A DNA stretch of 62,638 nucleotides, the filler included, from Rhabdomonas costata (Eukaryota): assembly GCA_019059605.1 (NCBI GenBank). It is 24 parts of 24 records of this genome, joined end to end, with 100 filler letters (N's around TTAATTAATTAA, not from the genome) between each part and the next. Parts side by side here need not be neighbours in the genome. Positions count along the whole stretch, not along the records: positions 13,069 to 15,578 come from JAHMHO010003074.1; positions 15,679 to 18,191 come from JAHMHO010003075.1; positions 18,292 to 20,801 come from JAHMHO010003076.1; positions 20,902 to 23,411 come from JAHMHO010003077.1; positions 23,512 to 26,022 come from JAHMHO010003078.1; positions 26,123 to 28,629 come from JAHMHO010003079.1; 18 more parts are not named here. One strand, 5' to 3'. Below, in pieces: positions 13,309-26,266 of this stretch (position 1 is its first letter; the number at the start of each line of letters is the position of its first letter). Made by a program: the position numbers and the translations under genes. A model generated the notes under the pieces. The model saw only the letters and a program-made list of their open reading frames with translations, made no database searches and was not told where the DNA came from.

Positions 13309-15433
13309 CTGGACCCTCTGCCGGGGGGAGCTGAAGTGTGCCAAGGTTCGGCGGTACGCCTTGAGGTGAGCCGCGGGGTCAGCGGAGAGAGGCAGCTGGC
13401 CTGTGCTCTCCGGCAGAGGGTGGCGCATTCGGAAGCATGACAGGAAGGAGATGTACGCCTCACTCCTGCGCACGCGAAAAAACAAAAGGAAGCCGAAACA
13501 GATGGCCACGTGCACCACACAAAATGTACCAAGATTCTGTCTCGGGAAAAAGTAGTCCTTGTGTGTTCTTTCCTGAGATCCTAGCGAAACCACTCTCTTT
13601 ACTCTCTTTCACATTGGGCTTTCAGAAGCTCACCCTTCCCTTCAAATCGCCTTACCAGAAAGTCTGCTCAGGAACAACACTTTGGCTCAGGAGGCAGATG
13701 GAGGTTGAAGTAAATGGTGCTCCAATGGGGTCGGCCACTGCGATCTGAGATCAATACCAGTTCCCCCAATCGCCCGGACGAACATCGCCCTCCTTCCCTC
13801 CCCAAAAAATTATGCCCAGTGATGGCTGTGTTTGTTGTGTGGGGCACAGCGGAGGGAGGGGGGGGGGGACGGCGTGCCTCGGATCCAAGCAGGTTCCATA
13901 CGGGGCTGCCGTGCCAGTCGTGGCGAGCAAGCGAAAGGGCCCCCCCGCGAGACCCACGAAGCTGTGCAGCGGGGAGCCCGGCGCGCTGGCGCAGGCATTG
14001 AAGTCCCCCGCAAGAAGCTCAAACATGAAGGGGTGGCCGCGCTGGTGGCGCCTCGCAAAGTCCTGCGGCCACCAGGCGGTGATAGTTTGGAATGTACGAA
14101 GTAGCATTGATCCAAACCAAGCAATTTCCCACCGAAACTGTGCCGCTCTATCCGCACCGTAGAAGGGCCTCCACACCAAAACTAACGTTCAACATCGTAA
14201 GGCACAGCACCGAAGAACGCTGAAGAGTGGAAGGACTGAAAAAAAAACGGAGGGGAGTGAGGAGCAGAGGATGAATAGGAGTGGGTGCGCACGCCTGGGA
14301 GTGAGACAAACGTGGGCACAAGAAGAGGTGCGTGCAAAGAGAAAAACTCACCTGAATCCACGAGGCGGCCTCTTTCATCTGCGCCAGCCTGACCTCGTCC
14401 GGCCCACAAGCCTGCAGGTGAGTTGTGCAAAGGACCGCATGCTGCTGGTTGGGAAGCTGCAGCTCCGCCAGAAGGATCCCTTTGCGGGCCAGTGCGTCCT
14501 CACCATAAGCCCGAGTGAAGACGTGGAAGGCGACGTGGCGGATGGGAAACCGGCTGGCCAGCAGAAGCCCGCTGCCCAACCCCACAGGGGATGCTGGCTT
14601 GACCTGGGCCGCAACGTAGTACCCTCGGGAGGTCAGCCGGCGAACCAGGGCATGCCTCATCGACACCGAGAACATTTCCTGTAGAAACCAAATGATTTTT
14701 TTGTAGCACCAGACAGTGTGTGTATGTGTTACTGTGGATTACAAAAAGTTTCGTTCTTCTCGTGATAGCTGGGCGACCCCGGATGACGGCCACTGGCGCA
14801 TTCGCACCACTGAGTTTGTATTGCCCGTTTATGGTTAACATTGACATTAATATCACACACCTGCAGGCAGATTAGCTCCGGGGTGGGCTCCAGGCCCTCC
14901 AGCAAGAAGTCCTGCAGCTCAGGGCACCGACTGACAGAGCTGCGCAGGCCGTTGAGGGCATTCATCGTCTCAAACTCCGTCAGCGCCACATTTAGGGTGA
15001 GAATGTTCAGCGTCCCGTCGGGTGATATCGAAACTTTCATCTGCGCAGCCTCCCCCACGGGCCGGTACAGCAGCAGCTCCGTCTTCACGGGATGCAGAAG
15101 ACTCCGCAGGGCAGCAGCCATCAGCGCCAGAGTGGCAACCGCAGGAAAGTGAACCACCTGAAGCACCGAGATAATTGCCCCACGGAGCAGCTTCTGGGGC
15201 AGGGGAAGCGGCGGCTTGGTGCCCGCGCCCTTCGTGGGGGAGGGGCACTCCATCCGAGGGGGGTCCCGTTGCAAACCCCCCACCCCGGATCTCAACAGAA
15301 GGGAGGCCAACGGGGGCTCCAGAGAGTAGTACAGCGCTCTCCAGACCCCAAAATCCCAGATCCGCAGGCACAGAGCCCACACCTTGTCTGCCAAAGACAG
15401 TCCGGCCTTCTCCAGCAAGAGCAAGACTTCCAT
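13309..15433 (-). CDS. EEP-family phosphodiesterase (neutral sphingomyelinase-like), partial
   Basis: Exons 15433-14861, 14678-14352, 14062-13878 and 13465-13309. Motifs: ILTLNV, LICLQ|EMF, GSGLLLASRFPI, DALARKG, THLQA, LAGDFN, with a hydrophobic N-terminal segment. Confidence 0.85.
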
Positions 15434-15678
15434 GGCGGAGGTGGCCACTCTCACACCATAGCCCTCCGAAAATAACGCCGCCCAGGAGCCAAAACCAAAT
15501 CAATTGAAGGCACAGCAACAAAACTGCCAAGGGAACCACAACCGAAGCAGAGACCGCAATTACCTAAAAACAACCACANNNNNNNNNNNNNNNNNNNNNN
15601 NNNNNNNNNNNNNNNNNNNNNNTTAATTAATTAANNNNNNNNNNNNNNNNNNNNNNNNNNNNNNNNNNNNNNNNNNNN

Positions 15679-16011
15679 TTGTTGTGGGTTAGGTCGATCG
15701 CCGAAGACCCCGACGTCTGCACGGATAACCGGATGATGGTACCCGTCTTCTATGATGGGCAGAAGAAGAAGTACAAGGTGTGGTGCGTCATGGGCTACGC
15801 CGCGAAGAAGGTGACGATCTCCTTTGCCGTGCCCCCTAAGGTTATGTATGGAAACCCTGATGTTGACCTGAAGGAGAAGGCAGTGAGCTCTATTTATGCT
15901 GTTTTTGCGGAGGTGTACACCGGCTGTGTACTTACTAGGGAGGAGTTTCGCGCGCTTTGCGACCATCACAAGACCTTCTCTGCGATAACGAGGGCCGTGG
16001 AGGGATTGTAA
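15679..16011 (+). CDS. C-terminal part of an uncharacterised, bacterial-like protein
   Basis: Open frame from the contig start with GC3-rich codons (DPDVCTDNRMMVPVFYD..KVWCVMGY..AEVY..LTREEFRALCDHHKT). It ends in TAA followed by a T-rich 3' region. Confidence 0.7.
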   Translation: MLWVRSIAEDPDVCTDNRMMVPVFYDGQKKKYKVWCVMGYAAKKVTISFAVPPKVMYGNPDVDLKEKAVSSIYAVFAEVYTGCVLTREEFRALCDHHKTFSAITRAVEGL

Positions 16012-16683
16012 GGCTGAAGTGCAAGCGAATCTTTAATCTTTTCGCGTCTTGCGAGAAGGCATGTGAGAAGGTGGGAATCTCTCCCTGCCGTTTTGATGAT
16101 GAAGAGTGATGTATTTCTTTGATTTCAGCTTACTGTTTTGCTTTTTCCTCGCTTTGTTTGGCTGTTGCCAGCCTTACGCTTTCCTGCTGCTTGCTGCTGG
16201 TTTTTTGCCTGCAGGGTTGCGTTGGGTTATTTTTGTCCCGCTCCAACACTCCAACGTGTGTTGTGGAGGAGAGACAATTTCTGTTTCATTTGTGATGCGC
16301 TTGGCGGGCTATGTGAATACCGGCTGGGACATTCTTTTTTATAGATATTTTGGAGTGTGTTTGCAAGTTGAAAATCAGAGGAATTGGAACAAACGACTGT
16401 GTACGACTAGGTAATGAGTACAAGTGAAATTCTTCCTGCCTTCGAAGCGTTGACCGCCTGCAACATGCCTGAAGCTGTGAGAAGCACAGTTTCTTCTTGT
16501 TTTGCCTCCCCCCCCCCCCCCCCCCCCCGCCGCTCCCGCTCATCGTTTGCGATTTTTGCGATTTTTTTTCATTGCAAGTTTTCCTTTGGGGGTAGCCGTG
16601 TTGCATCGCCAATCGTTCTACTCCGGAGACGACTGGACTTTGCTTTTTCACCTTTGGTCTCCTCTGCACCTCATTATCTCATT

Positions 16684-16906
16684 ATGGTCGACTGCTGGGA
16701 GGACCTCTCCGAGGTCAGCGAAGCGATGCTGGAGTGTGGCCGCTCGGCAGAGCCCTCTTTTCACAACAAGGGCGCTGTAGCTCCGCCCCTGAGCCCTTGT
16801 GGGCGCACTAGTGCGTCTTCTGCGGGCAGCGCTTGCTCCTCTTCAGAGTTGGAAGGGGATGACGTGGCCGCCGTGTCATTCAGTGAGCTTCGAGACAATG
16901 CTGCGG
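16684..16906 (+). CDS. Putative first exon of an unknown Ser-rich protein
   Basis: An ATG after a pyrimidine-rich tract, a coding-like frame (MVDCWEDLSEVSEAML...) and a GT donor at ~16907. No homology recognised. Confidence 0.35.
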
Positions 16907-17369
16907 GTATCTTTTTTTTTGTTATGGGAACATCCTGCTTCCGTTCGCAAAGCGGCAGGATTCACACAGACCCCGGCAAGAACAATACTGAGATGCGAAA
17001 CATCATAGTCAACCTACTCACTCATATCTATGAATTCCTATCCAGTGACCTTCGCCAGCAATACAGATACAGACCGCTGCCCCCAACCCAATTCCTGCCT
17101 CCCCCCTTGCTATAGAGGTATTTGTGGTTCAAGATTGGTGCTAAGTCTCCACACCCGCACCCCGCACATGCCTTGGAACTGCAAAAAGGAAAAACACTCA
17201 AGCTGCCGTGGTTCGAATCCTTTCCTCCACTTGACCTCCATTGCCACAATTCGGTGAGTGTGGTATACTTAAAGTGTAAAACCCACCAAAGCGCACTCCA
17301 AAAACGTCACTGTCTACCTAGCATGGAATGAGCAAGCACAGAAGTAAAGTGAAAAGAGTTGGAACGCAC

Positions 17370-18096
17370 CAGGATGTCGTTGATCACCACCAACAAGTTG
17401 GAGGACGCACCGTCCATCACGCTCAAAACACGAAGCTGCTCATCGGAAAGAGCTGAAACAAAAATAACGTGGGAGAAAAAGGAAAGCTCACAAAAAATCT
17501 CACAGGTGTTTTCGCCAAGTACAGTCGCGGAGGGAGGGTGATATAAACTTAGGGAGGCTGACGCCAATTTCAAAAGGGAAGAAACGGACCTGTGGAGTGA
17601 AGCAGCTCAATCATCCCGATGATCCCGTTCAGAGGGGTGCGAATCTGTGTAAGGCCACGCGAAAGAGGTGACGCAGCAATCCTCTGGTGGGCAAAGTTGT
17701 GGTTATGCCAAAGTGCGGCCAACCCCTTCGCGGGTGGAAACTCCTTGGGCTCGAAATTGCGATGCCTGATGTTGTGCACACGGAACCTCCACCTGCATCA
17801 ACTGTCCTACTCTACAATGGATGAGAAACTGTGGGGGAAGGAAAAGGTTCGAAAAGTCTGGATTCCGCCTTTCTCAGGAATCGGAAGTAGTCGTCGGTGT
17901 TAATATGAAGAAAGCGAGAGTGTACGATTCGGAGTTCGGAGCGCTTTCCATTTCGAACAGTCGAGGCACTCATACACGCCAATCACAGACAAAAAAATGT
18001 CAATGCGAGTGCGGCCACCTCGTGGGACATCCAGGCCATGACCTCAGAACGTTGCTTCAGGGCTGTCTCTGCGACCTGAGTCGCCCGAGCAAGATC
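17370..18096 (-). CDS. Histidine kinase, HisKA domain exons
   Basis: Exons 18096-18019, 17644-17590 and 17452-17370 give MAWMSHE|IRTPLNGIIGMIELL..LSDEQL..ASSNLLVVINDIL, a canonical H-box. Confidence 0.92.
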
Positions 18097-18292
18097 CTGC
18101 GAACAAAGCACACTGACACATGTCCACGCACGCATCCCCACATCCCAAACAAACCCGCCACCTCCAACTTCCGAGTATTGAAAACCCACAANNNNNNNNN
18201 NNNNNNNNNNNNNNNNNNNNNNNNNNNNNNNNNNNTTAATTAATTAANNNNNNNNNNNNNNNNNNNNNNNNNNNNNNNNNNNNNNNNNNNNT

Positions 18293-19514
18293 GTGTTGGG
18301 TGTGGTGGGCAAGGGCAGCCATAGTACGGGCAGTGGTGTCGAGGCTGTGGCAGAGGGACGGTACTCGCCCGTGCCTATGGGGATCCCTGTGGAGCTGGGG
18401 GACTTGTCGAGGTTGACCCCGCCTGCCTCGGAGACGACAGAGGCGTGGCGGAAGTTCTTTCGCCACCTGGACGAGAACAAGTATGGACGGGGAGTGAGCG
18501 GGTGTGAGACTTTTATCAGCCATCATCTCGCGAAATCTCGCGACTGCTCGAGACTTCAGGCAACGTTTATGCGCTTGAGGGCGCGTGCTGGCCCGCCAAT
18601 TTTAGCAGGGGAAGTCCTGTTTGGGCCAGATTTGCCTTTATCCTCACGCCTAAACGAGACCAACGTCTGTGACCGCGATGTGAAGTCGAGCCGATTTCGG
18701 TGCCTGATACTATCGGTCCCAGTGCTTACCCTACACAGCAAGTTCAGTGTGTGAGTGCGTTGTGCCAGTGATGGAGTGAGTGTGTGTGTCTGTTTAAAAC
18801 CGCGGTTAGCAGAGGTGTGATTCGCATTGTTTGAAGGCTCGAGATTCGTTCTCGCCTCCCCTTGACCCCAGCCGTTTGAGCATTCGTCCTGACTCGTATT
18901 GGAGGGGTTCTTGCGTGAGTGACTGCCCCCGAAGGTGGAGTGGGGTGTTGTTCATGCGTTTCGATGGGTTATTGCATGGCAGTTTCACAGTATGCAGGTC
19001 AGAGAGATGGTCCGGATTACCTTCTGTGGTTCAAAGAATCTTCAGACATGCTCGTAAGCTGGTGGGAAGGCACCTCCTCACCACACCATGGCAGTGCAGG
19101 AGCCCCATAAGACACGCATTTACGTACGCTACCCGATTAGCGTTGTTTTGGTGGTGCATTCATCTGTGCATTGCCCATTGTATAGCCGCTTCAAAGCTGC
19201 CGAGAAACTGTAAAGCAGCCGCTTTTGCTGGAATGCGCCAGCTGTCACTGCTCGCCCAATGCTTTCCAATTTTGGCGGGGTGGTTTTCCAGTGTCGGCGT
19301 GATTGGGGCGCAAGAGGTGGAAGGTCGGCTGCAGGAGATGCTTGGCCCGGTGCTGTGGGATGGCTCCACCAGCCCAACCCGGCAGCTGGACTTCCCGGGC
19401 TTCGTGGCGGTAATGGAGCGGCTGCCAGACAACGTGCGGCACTCTGCTCTGCTGTATGCCAGGCAGTGCCTGAGCGAGGACGGGCAGCGGCGCTCGCCTT
19501 CTCCCTCGTACTAA
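18293..19514 (+). CDS. EF-hand-containing protein, 3' part
   Basis: Joining the exon ending at 18480 to exon 19292-19514 gives WRKFFRHLDENNVGVIGAQEV and a second degenerate hand (QLDFPGFVAVM). Ends in TAA. Confidence 0.65.
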
Positions 19515-20933
19515 AGGGGGCGAGAACTCGAATGACATCGATGATCGAGGACTCATCACCTGATCCACTTGGGGCCCCTACCCAAGGGACGCTGGTCACA
19601 GGGTTGATAGTCTGGCACAGATTGCTAAAATACCGTACGCCACGCGACCACCAGCAATACATATGTTACCCCTGGAACGCACTGCAAATCTGCACAATCC
19701 ATTATCCTGTATGAAGTTTGAGGACTATTTGCAACTCGTCAAGATGCTTTATGCCCCGTCGGGGCGGCCAGAATCCAAGATTCTTTTTGTCCCTTCCACC
19801 CATAGGTAGATTGTTTGCTGGTAGCTGATGGTCCAATCGCTTTCTGAGGAACATTGTTGATGACTACAGCAGCTCACGTAAACACGATAGCAGGTGCTAT
19901 TTGCAAGGGATTATCATATACAAAGGGGAACTGAATCATTCGGACGATGCGCTGTTGCTGGATGGCTGTGCACCCATCTGCAAACAAACGCGCACATTTG
20001 CACTTGCACGCAACGCTTGATGCTCGTCAAAAGTGGCAGAAAGGTTGGGGGTGGTTGGAGGAAGGGCGTGACTTTTTGTACCAGGAAGGGGGCGGTTCTT
20101 CGACCACCCCTTTCCCAATTTCTGCGCTCGGTTCGACTTTTGTTTCCTCTCCTGTTGCGGGGGTACCCATCTCCCGTCCTCGGATATTCACTTTTGTACT
20201 AGTGTAGTTTTTCTGGTGTTGATTACTGGCCTTGTTTGACACCTTGAGTTTTGCGGTGGTGGCATCTCTTCCTAACCACAGCCTCGAAACCTTCAGCTTC
20301 AAAGCTGGTGCTGTTTAGGTATATATATTATATAATGGGTTGACTTTGCAATGTGTTGGTTCTCAATTGTCAATGTGCGGAAGCCGCCTTCAAGCCGCTT
20401 TTTGGTTCTTTTTCCTCAGGTGATTGGGCACGCATTGCAACAGGTCGGCGCGGCAATCTGTCTCTTTAGATCACCTTTTTGACCATGTCGTTTTCATTTC
20501 GCTAACCAACACCATCGGGGGTAACGAGCTTTGCCCGCGGCAACCCGGTGACTTCTGCATGCTCGCGGCCGCTGGCTTATTCAAGGTGGCGGGCTGGGTG
20601 TGACTCTTCCTATCCCACCGCGGGGACGCGCGGGAACAGTGCAAGCAAAGAAGCGTTCAGGACCACAACTGCCATCAAGCCATCAAGCTTCTATGACGCC
20701 GATTGATTTCTTTCGAAGCCATTTTTTCAGATCCGCACGGCTTTTCCGAGGCAAAGGCAAACTGCATTCTGTACCCCAACACAACCAACCACACCCAACA
20801 CNNNNNNNNNNNNNNNNNNNNNNNNNNNNNNNNNNNNNNNNNNNNTTAATTAATTAANNNNNNNNNNNNNNNNNNNNNNNNNNNNNNNNNNNNNNNNNNN
20901 NTGTGGGGTGTGTTTGGTTGACATGGAGTCTCC

Positions 20934-22053
20934 TTGGATCTGGGCACAGGCTGGGCATCCTCTTCGGGGGTGGGGGGTGGGGGTCTCACCCAGTCGAGCC
21001 GAGAATCGACCCCCACACACACCTTCAACCTTCCCGCACAGGGCCAAGGCGACCTCGGTCCGAACGAAGCCCATGTGACAGAGAGTGGCAGCATGACCTC
21101 GCTGGACTTGATTTCCCCTGACGCTCACGCATGTCAAACTGGGGCCCGACCCCGCGGCAGCACCACCTCGGGAAACACCAGTGCAGACCCCGAGGGCAAT
21201 CCATTGGGGCTCACCGGCCCTGGCCCGGCGCCGGGGTGCAAAAGGGTGTCCCCCTCGCGGCGGTTCAGTGCATCCAGTCGGCTGTCAATGGCGAGTCCCA
21301 GCGGGACTCCCGCACGCGCCAGTTCCATTCGTTTGATGCGGCGCGGGGTGTGCGTACTTTGTGGTTGGGGGTCTACACCTGTCCCCTCTCTGCCCTCCCT
21401 CCTCCAACCACAGTTTCAGTGCAATACTGTTATTCTGTTTCCATTCCTCCTGCCAGGCAAGGCCTAGGGCGGGATGGAGTGTAGTGCCGTGTAGGGGTCT
21501 CCAATTGGCTTTTGAAGATTATGATCTTCCTCTTTGAACCCGCATTGTTCTCTTTCTGTTCTCAAGTCCAAGTCAGTACTTGGCTGGGGATGTGGATGCC
21601 ATTTTGGTGTTTGCTTTGCCTTCCGAAGATTGCCGTGCTGTACGCGAGGATCGCCAACATGGGTGAGCTGCTCAAGTTCAATGTTGCCGAGACGATCGCG
21701 GCTTACAACAACTTCATCAAAACGGTTGCTGAGGGGTGAGTTGCTCTCTTGGGTTGCTCTCTTGAGTTGCTCTCTTGAGGTGCTCTCTTGAGGTGCTCTC
21801 TTGAGGTGCTCTCTTGAGGTGCTCTCTTCATTACTACTTTCGAACGGGGGCAGTATTCCGGCCATTCTTTTCTATCAACATTCACATGCACCTCTCTGTA
21901 CCTCTCCCCTTTCTGCCTTGGCTGAGGGGGGCGGGACTCGTCCCAAAGGTCTATCCGGCGATTACCCAGCACCGGGGCACGGCCAGCTTGGACGGGGAGG
22001 TCTTGCTGGTCCATTGGAACGCCGCCCGCCCGTGCGCCTCGGCCAGGATGCAG
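20934..22053 (+). CDS. Class III nucleotidyl cyclase-like protein with degenerate catalytic site, partial
   Basis: Exons ..21347, 21629-21724 and 21949-22053 give IAVLYARIANMGEL..AYNNFIKTVYPAITQHRGTASLDGEVLLVHWNAARPC. This aligns by eye to the cyclase at 47173-49163. Confidence 0.6.
21738..21828 (+). repeat. Intronic minisatellite, 7 x 13 bp (GAGGTGCTCTCTT)
   Basis: Seven tandem units; the first three are variants and the last four are identical. Confidence 0.97.
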
Positions 22054-23810
22054 GTCATACGCAGGGTCGAAGCAAAGGGAGATGGAGCGTTTGCGGCTGC
22101 TGGGGGCTCGGTCTGGCTCCCCCCCTACTTTTTAGAGTGGTGCTTACTCTCGAGTTTCCACGCTAATGTAATCTAGTATCCACTGACTGTCCAGCTGGAT
22201 AGTGGAATGCGTTGCTTCTGTTTCGCTGAAGAAGTCCCCCTTGTTTTCTTGTGTTGGCGCGCGCTCGCGTGTGTGGAAACTCGAAAACAATCACACACAC
22301 CCACACACACGTCCGTGAGCCGGTTTCGGTTCCCCACGGCACCGTTCGCTCCAACGGCACCTCTCGCGAGCACCCGTGGCCAACAGCGCGTGCCCCAGTC
22401 AGTCCCCAGTGGTCACCAACAACCAGTCAACCAGGCAACAGCCAGCGCGCAATGCGCCCAATACACACACAAACGCCTTAGACAGTTCTCACTATCCAAC
22501 TATAGTAGGGTCCACCGTAAACTGAGACTTTTGCCGGAGCAGTTCAAGCTCTGGGTTTAGGGCTGAGCGGCACTAAATCAGGGCAGTCAGTGTGTCGGCT
22601 GATGGTTGGCGTTGAAGGTGCACGCCGCGCACCCGAAACACGCCTTCAAAAAGCCTGTTCTTTAGGCTGAAACTTCGCCGTTGCACTGTGTACCTAAAAG
22701 TCTGAATGACCGGAGATTTACTCCTGAAAAATCCCTGCGCCTTCGGCGCGCAAAACTGTTTCTATACCGTATTTTGCCTCCCAGGCCAAACCCTCAACTA
22801 TGGGCTGCGCTCATCTCCACGTACTCTACATTTTTTAGACCATAAAAACAGTGTAACAAGACTTCCGTTCCGAATGTTACAAACTAATCTCTCAGTTTCC
22901 GGGTGGAGCTAGCCTTAGTTGGTATCAGAGGAAGGAATGTTCCAGGGGTCAGAGTGAAACACAAGGATCTTTTATTGTTTCCGTCCAATCTTTCCCTATT
23001 TCCCCCGTCTACTGGGTTTCAGGAGAAGACGTTTAGGTTGTTTTTGGGCGACGCTTGTCCCCTGGAAGTAGTCCAGGATGTCTTGGGCGGTGCACAGCGG
23101 ACTTCCATGACCTAGCCCCTGGAGGGCGATGAACGGTTCTCAGGAGATTGCAGCACAAAAGGGATTGAATTAATTTAGGTGCGAAGGCCAGCCGCCGCTG
23201 CGGCCGAAGCGCGGGGGGGGGGGGGGGGGGGGGGGGGGGCGGAAGTGCCCTGGACTTTGTTGCAGCTGTGTTTCGCACATCACCAAAAGGAAAATTTAGC
23301 GTTTGAAAAATCCGAAAGAAGGCTCCATTGGTGCTGGAGTCGAGGCAGTGTAGGATGCCTAGATGCCGTGCCTTAATGTAGGCTTGTGGGGAAAATGTGG
23401 GTTGCCCGCATNNNNNNNNNNNNNNNNNNNNNNNNNNNNNNNNNNNNNNNNNNNNTTAATTAATTAANNNNNNNNNNNNNNNNNNNNNNNNNNNNNNNNN
23501 NNNNNNNNNNNGGGTTGGGTGGAAGGTTGTAGTTCTCAGAGAAGGCCAGACGAAAGAGCTTTGTGCGCAATTGGGAAGTGCTCAGGATGTGCAGCCAAGA
23601 CGTCGCGCGGACGATCGGAGAGATGTCGTTTTGCACGGCATCACATGGAAGCAATGTCTCTTTTTTGTTGAGTGGACACATGGAGGTCTTGCCAGTACAT
23701 CTGCCGGAACGGATGGAACTGCGAGCTTTCGTCCCCCATGGGCAGGCTGACTTCACCGGCCTCACCGATGAGGATGCCATGAGCCCACACCGCGCGATCG
23801 TTTTTCTCAG

Positions 23811-24530
23811 GTTCACTTGCTCAACTACACGGGGTATCAGATCGAGTACGTTGTTTCGCTGGGGCAGTCGAAGGTGGTGATGTGATGAGCCCCAAGGAGC
23901 TCTGTTTTTCTTTTGTTTGTCTGTAACGCGTGACATCCGGAGGTGTCCCATCAGCAGCATCTGTTTCCCACCTGCCTTCCTGCTGATTGCTAATGGAAAA
24001 GAAAATCCAGCGTAAATGGAAGTAGCTACTCAGTGGGTAACTTGTTTGCGAATATTTTGATGCGGAGAGGAGGCTCATGTGGCATTCGCGGTTATCCTTT
24101 ACATGGGCCGTCGCATCCCTGCTTTTAAGAGATGGTCTGAAGTGCAGTGATTCCATAGAAGGTTGGACCCTTGTCCCCGTTTCTTCAACTGTATGGATGG
24201 TGTTCTTTTTCTGTTACGAGCACCGCAGGCAGTGCCTTCGCCCCGCCCCCCGATCTGTTGTGTTTGGCCCCACAGGTGGATGCGAAGCACCCAGTTCGGG
24301 TTCCCAAGGGGTTTGTCAAGGAGGCCCTGCCGGAACTCTGGCGGCGGGTCAACTACGCCCTTCGCAATGAGGTCCCAGGGACCACCGCGGGGTGGCTGCT
24401 GTGGAGGTTCCCAGAGTTTCGTACCTACGGGCTGTACCAGCCGCACCAGATCGCGCAAACGCTGCACGGGCACTTCCCAAGCAGCTTTGCCGTGAAGTAC
24501 TACGTGGTGAAGGCCAAGGAGCTACGCTAA
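23811..24530 (+). CDS. Last two exons of an unknown protein
   Basis: Phase-0 exons 23811-23873 and 24276-24530 give VHLLNYTGYQIEY..LWRFPEFRTYGLYQPHQ..KELR*. Confidence 0.6.
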
Positions 24531-26266
24531 GGAAATGAGAGGAAGGAGGGGGCTGAGGTTTTGGATGCTTTCCCTCTTGCCATCACAGTGGGTAGGGTGA
24601 TGCGATGGTATTTGTAGTTGTCTCAGGGTGTTCCCTGCTCACCTCTCGCCATCTTTCTGCGCCCCCACGGTCGGTCTGGCAGCGATGCCTTGTGACAGGA
24701 CTGTGTGACCTGGCTTTGTTTTTGTTTTTGGAGCAAACAAGAAGCGAGAGTGCGTTTTTTGTGGTCCTTTGAGATCAGGGCGTGTTGTAAAGCAACGGCT
24801 GCGTTCGACACCGAGTCTGGTGAGGTTGAGAACACGCCCGTGTGGCTTCTCATTTGCCATTGGCGCCTCCCAAATTTTATGCTGAGCTGCTGCTGTTGCT
24901 GTTTACTGCGTTGGCGGGCGGGATGCGTTGTGTTCCCTGGACTTCCCAGGGCAGTGTTGGCGTTGTGGGCCTTGTCCGTTGGGTGCTTGTGCGGGGTTCT
25001 GTGAGGCGGTGGGAAGGGCTGGGCGAGTCGGCGTATGAGGCCGCAGCATGCTCCCCCCTCCTCCCTCCCCGTTCTGTTGGGCACCATTTTTGTGGACCTC
25101 TTGTGGGTTTTGTTTGAATCTGTGGTACTTGATCAGTTGCGGACTTTTGTGTTTGTGTGTGTGTTACCTTCCCCGGTTTCTTTAGTTTTCTGCCGCTCCT
25201 TATGCCCACCGACAGAATTGAATGGGTAAGTTAGTAATTGAATGTGAATGCCTATGGGTTCCAAAGTCAGGTTGCTGTGGGCATGTATCTTTTGTGGGGT
25301 CCTGATAATGGGCCAGCCCCCCCTCAATACGGAATTTTCGGTATACTCCAGCTTTCTGGTCGCTGCTGACTTTGTCTTTGTATTCGCTGCTCTCCGCTCC
25401 ATTACAAGACCATTACTGCCTCCAAGGACGAGCGGGGTGTGGCACCGGAATTTGTGGATAAAAATAGTTTCCCTGCAAAGGAGGCAGGGAGGAAAATGGC
25501 TCAACAGGTGAAGTCGAGCTGAAAGCTAAGAGAAGATGAATTCGAATGCTTTGCCCAAACACAACAGTTACATCAGTGCTGGCACACCGGCGTGCATGCA
25601 CGTGAGCGGACGGTGTTCCGGCCTTTCTCTTATCAAAACCCAAGCCCAAGGAAAAGCAAGCGCAAAAACAAAGTCCTTCCAGGCCTGCGTAAAGGAAAAT
25701 GGGGCCCAGAACACCCCTCAAATAGTGGCCCTTAAATCGCCTCTATAGTGGCTGGAAACACAAGGATTCCGGCCCACCCCGGTGCCAGCATGAATCAGTG
25801 CTGGGCTCTACCCTTAGGTATGTTATGCAGGCCTGGCTGAAAGCTTCGGCGCAAGATGCAGGCCTGAGCAGGTCGGAAAAGTGCACTTCGGGCCCTTGAA
25901 ATTTTCCGAAGTCGAAAATGCCCTCAAAAGGGCCAAAAATATGGGGGCATATCTCGGCGTAGAGGAGTCCGAGTCCGGGAAGCGGCCAACCCACTCATCT
26001 CAAGAGTACTACCAACCCCACANNNNNNNNNNNNNNNNNNNNNNNNNNNNNNNNNNNNNNNNNNNNTTAATTAATTAANNNNNNNNNNNNNNNNNNNNNN
26101 NNNNNNNNNNNNNNNNNNNNNNTTGTGTGTTGTGCGATCCTGTCTTCTTTTATGCGATAATCTTCATGTTGCTCATATTCGTAGGTGGTCTTGTTTGGGG
26201 AAAGCAGGCAGATAATTGGTGAATTCGAGCTCTTTCTAACTCCCTTACCCTCCGATTAACTCCTTA

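Noticed and set aside
22540-23260. Non-autonomous element with GCGCCTTCGGCGC hairpin, poly-G and TTTAGGG-like words
   Set aside because: No terminal repeats or target-site duplications were identified, short matches to other contigs are expected by chance, and there is no telomeric array.
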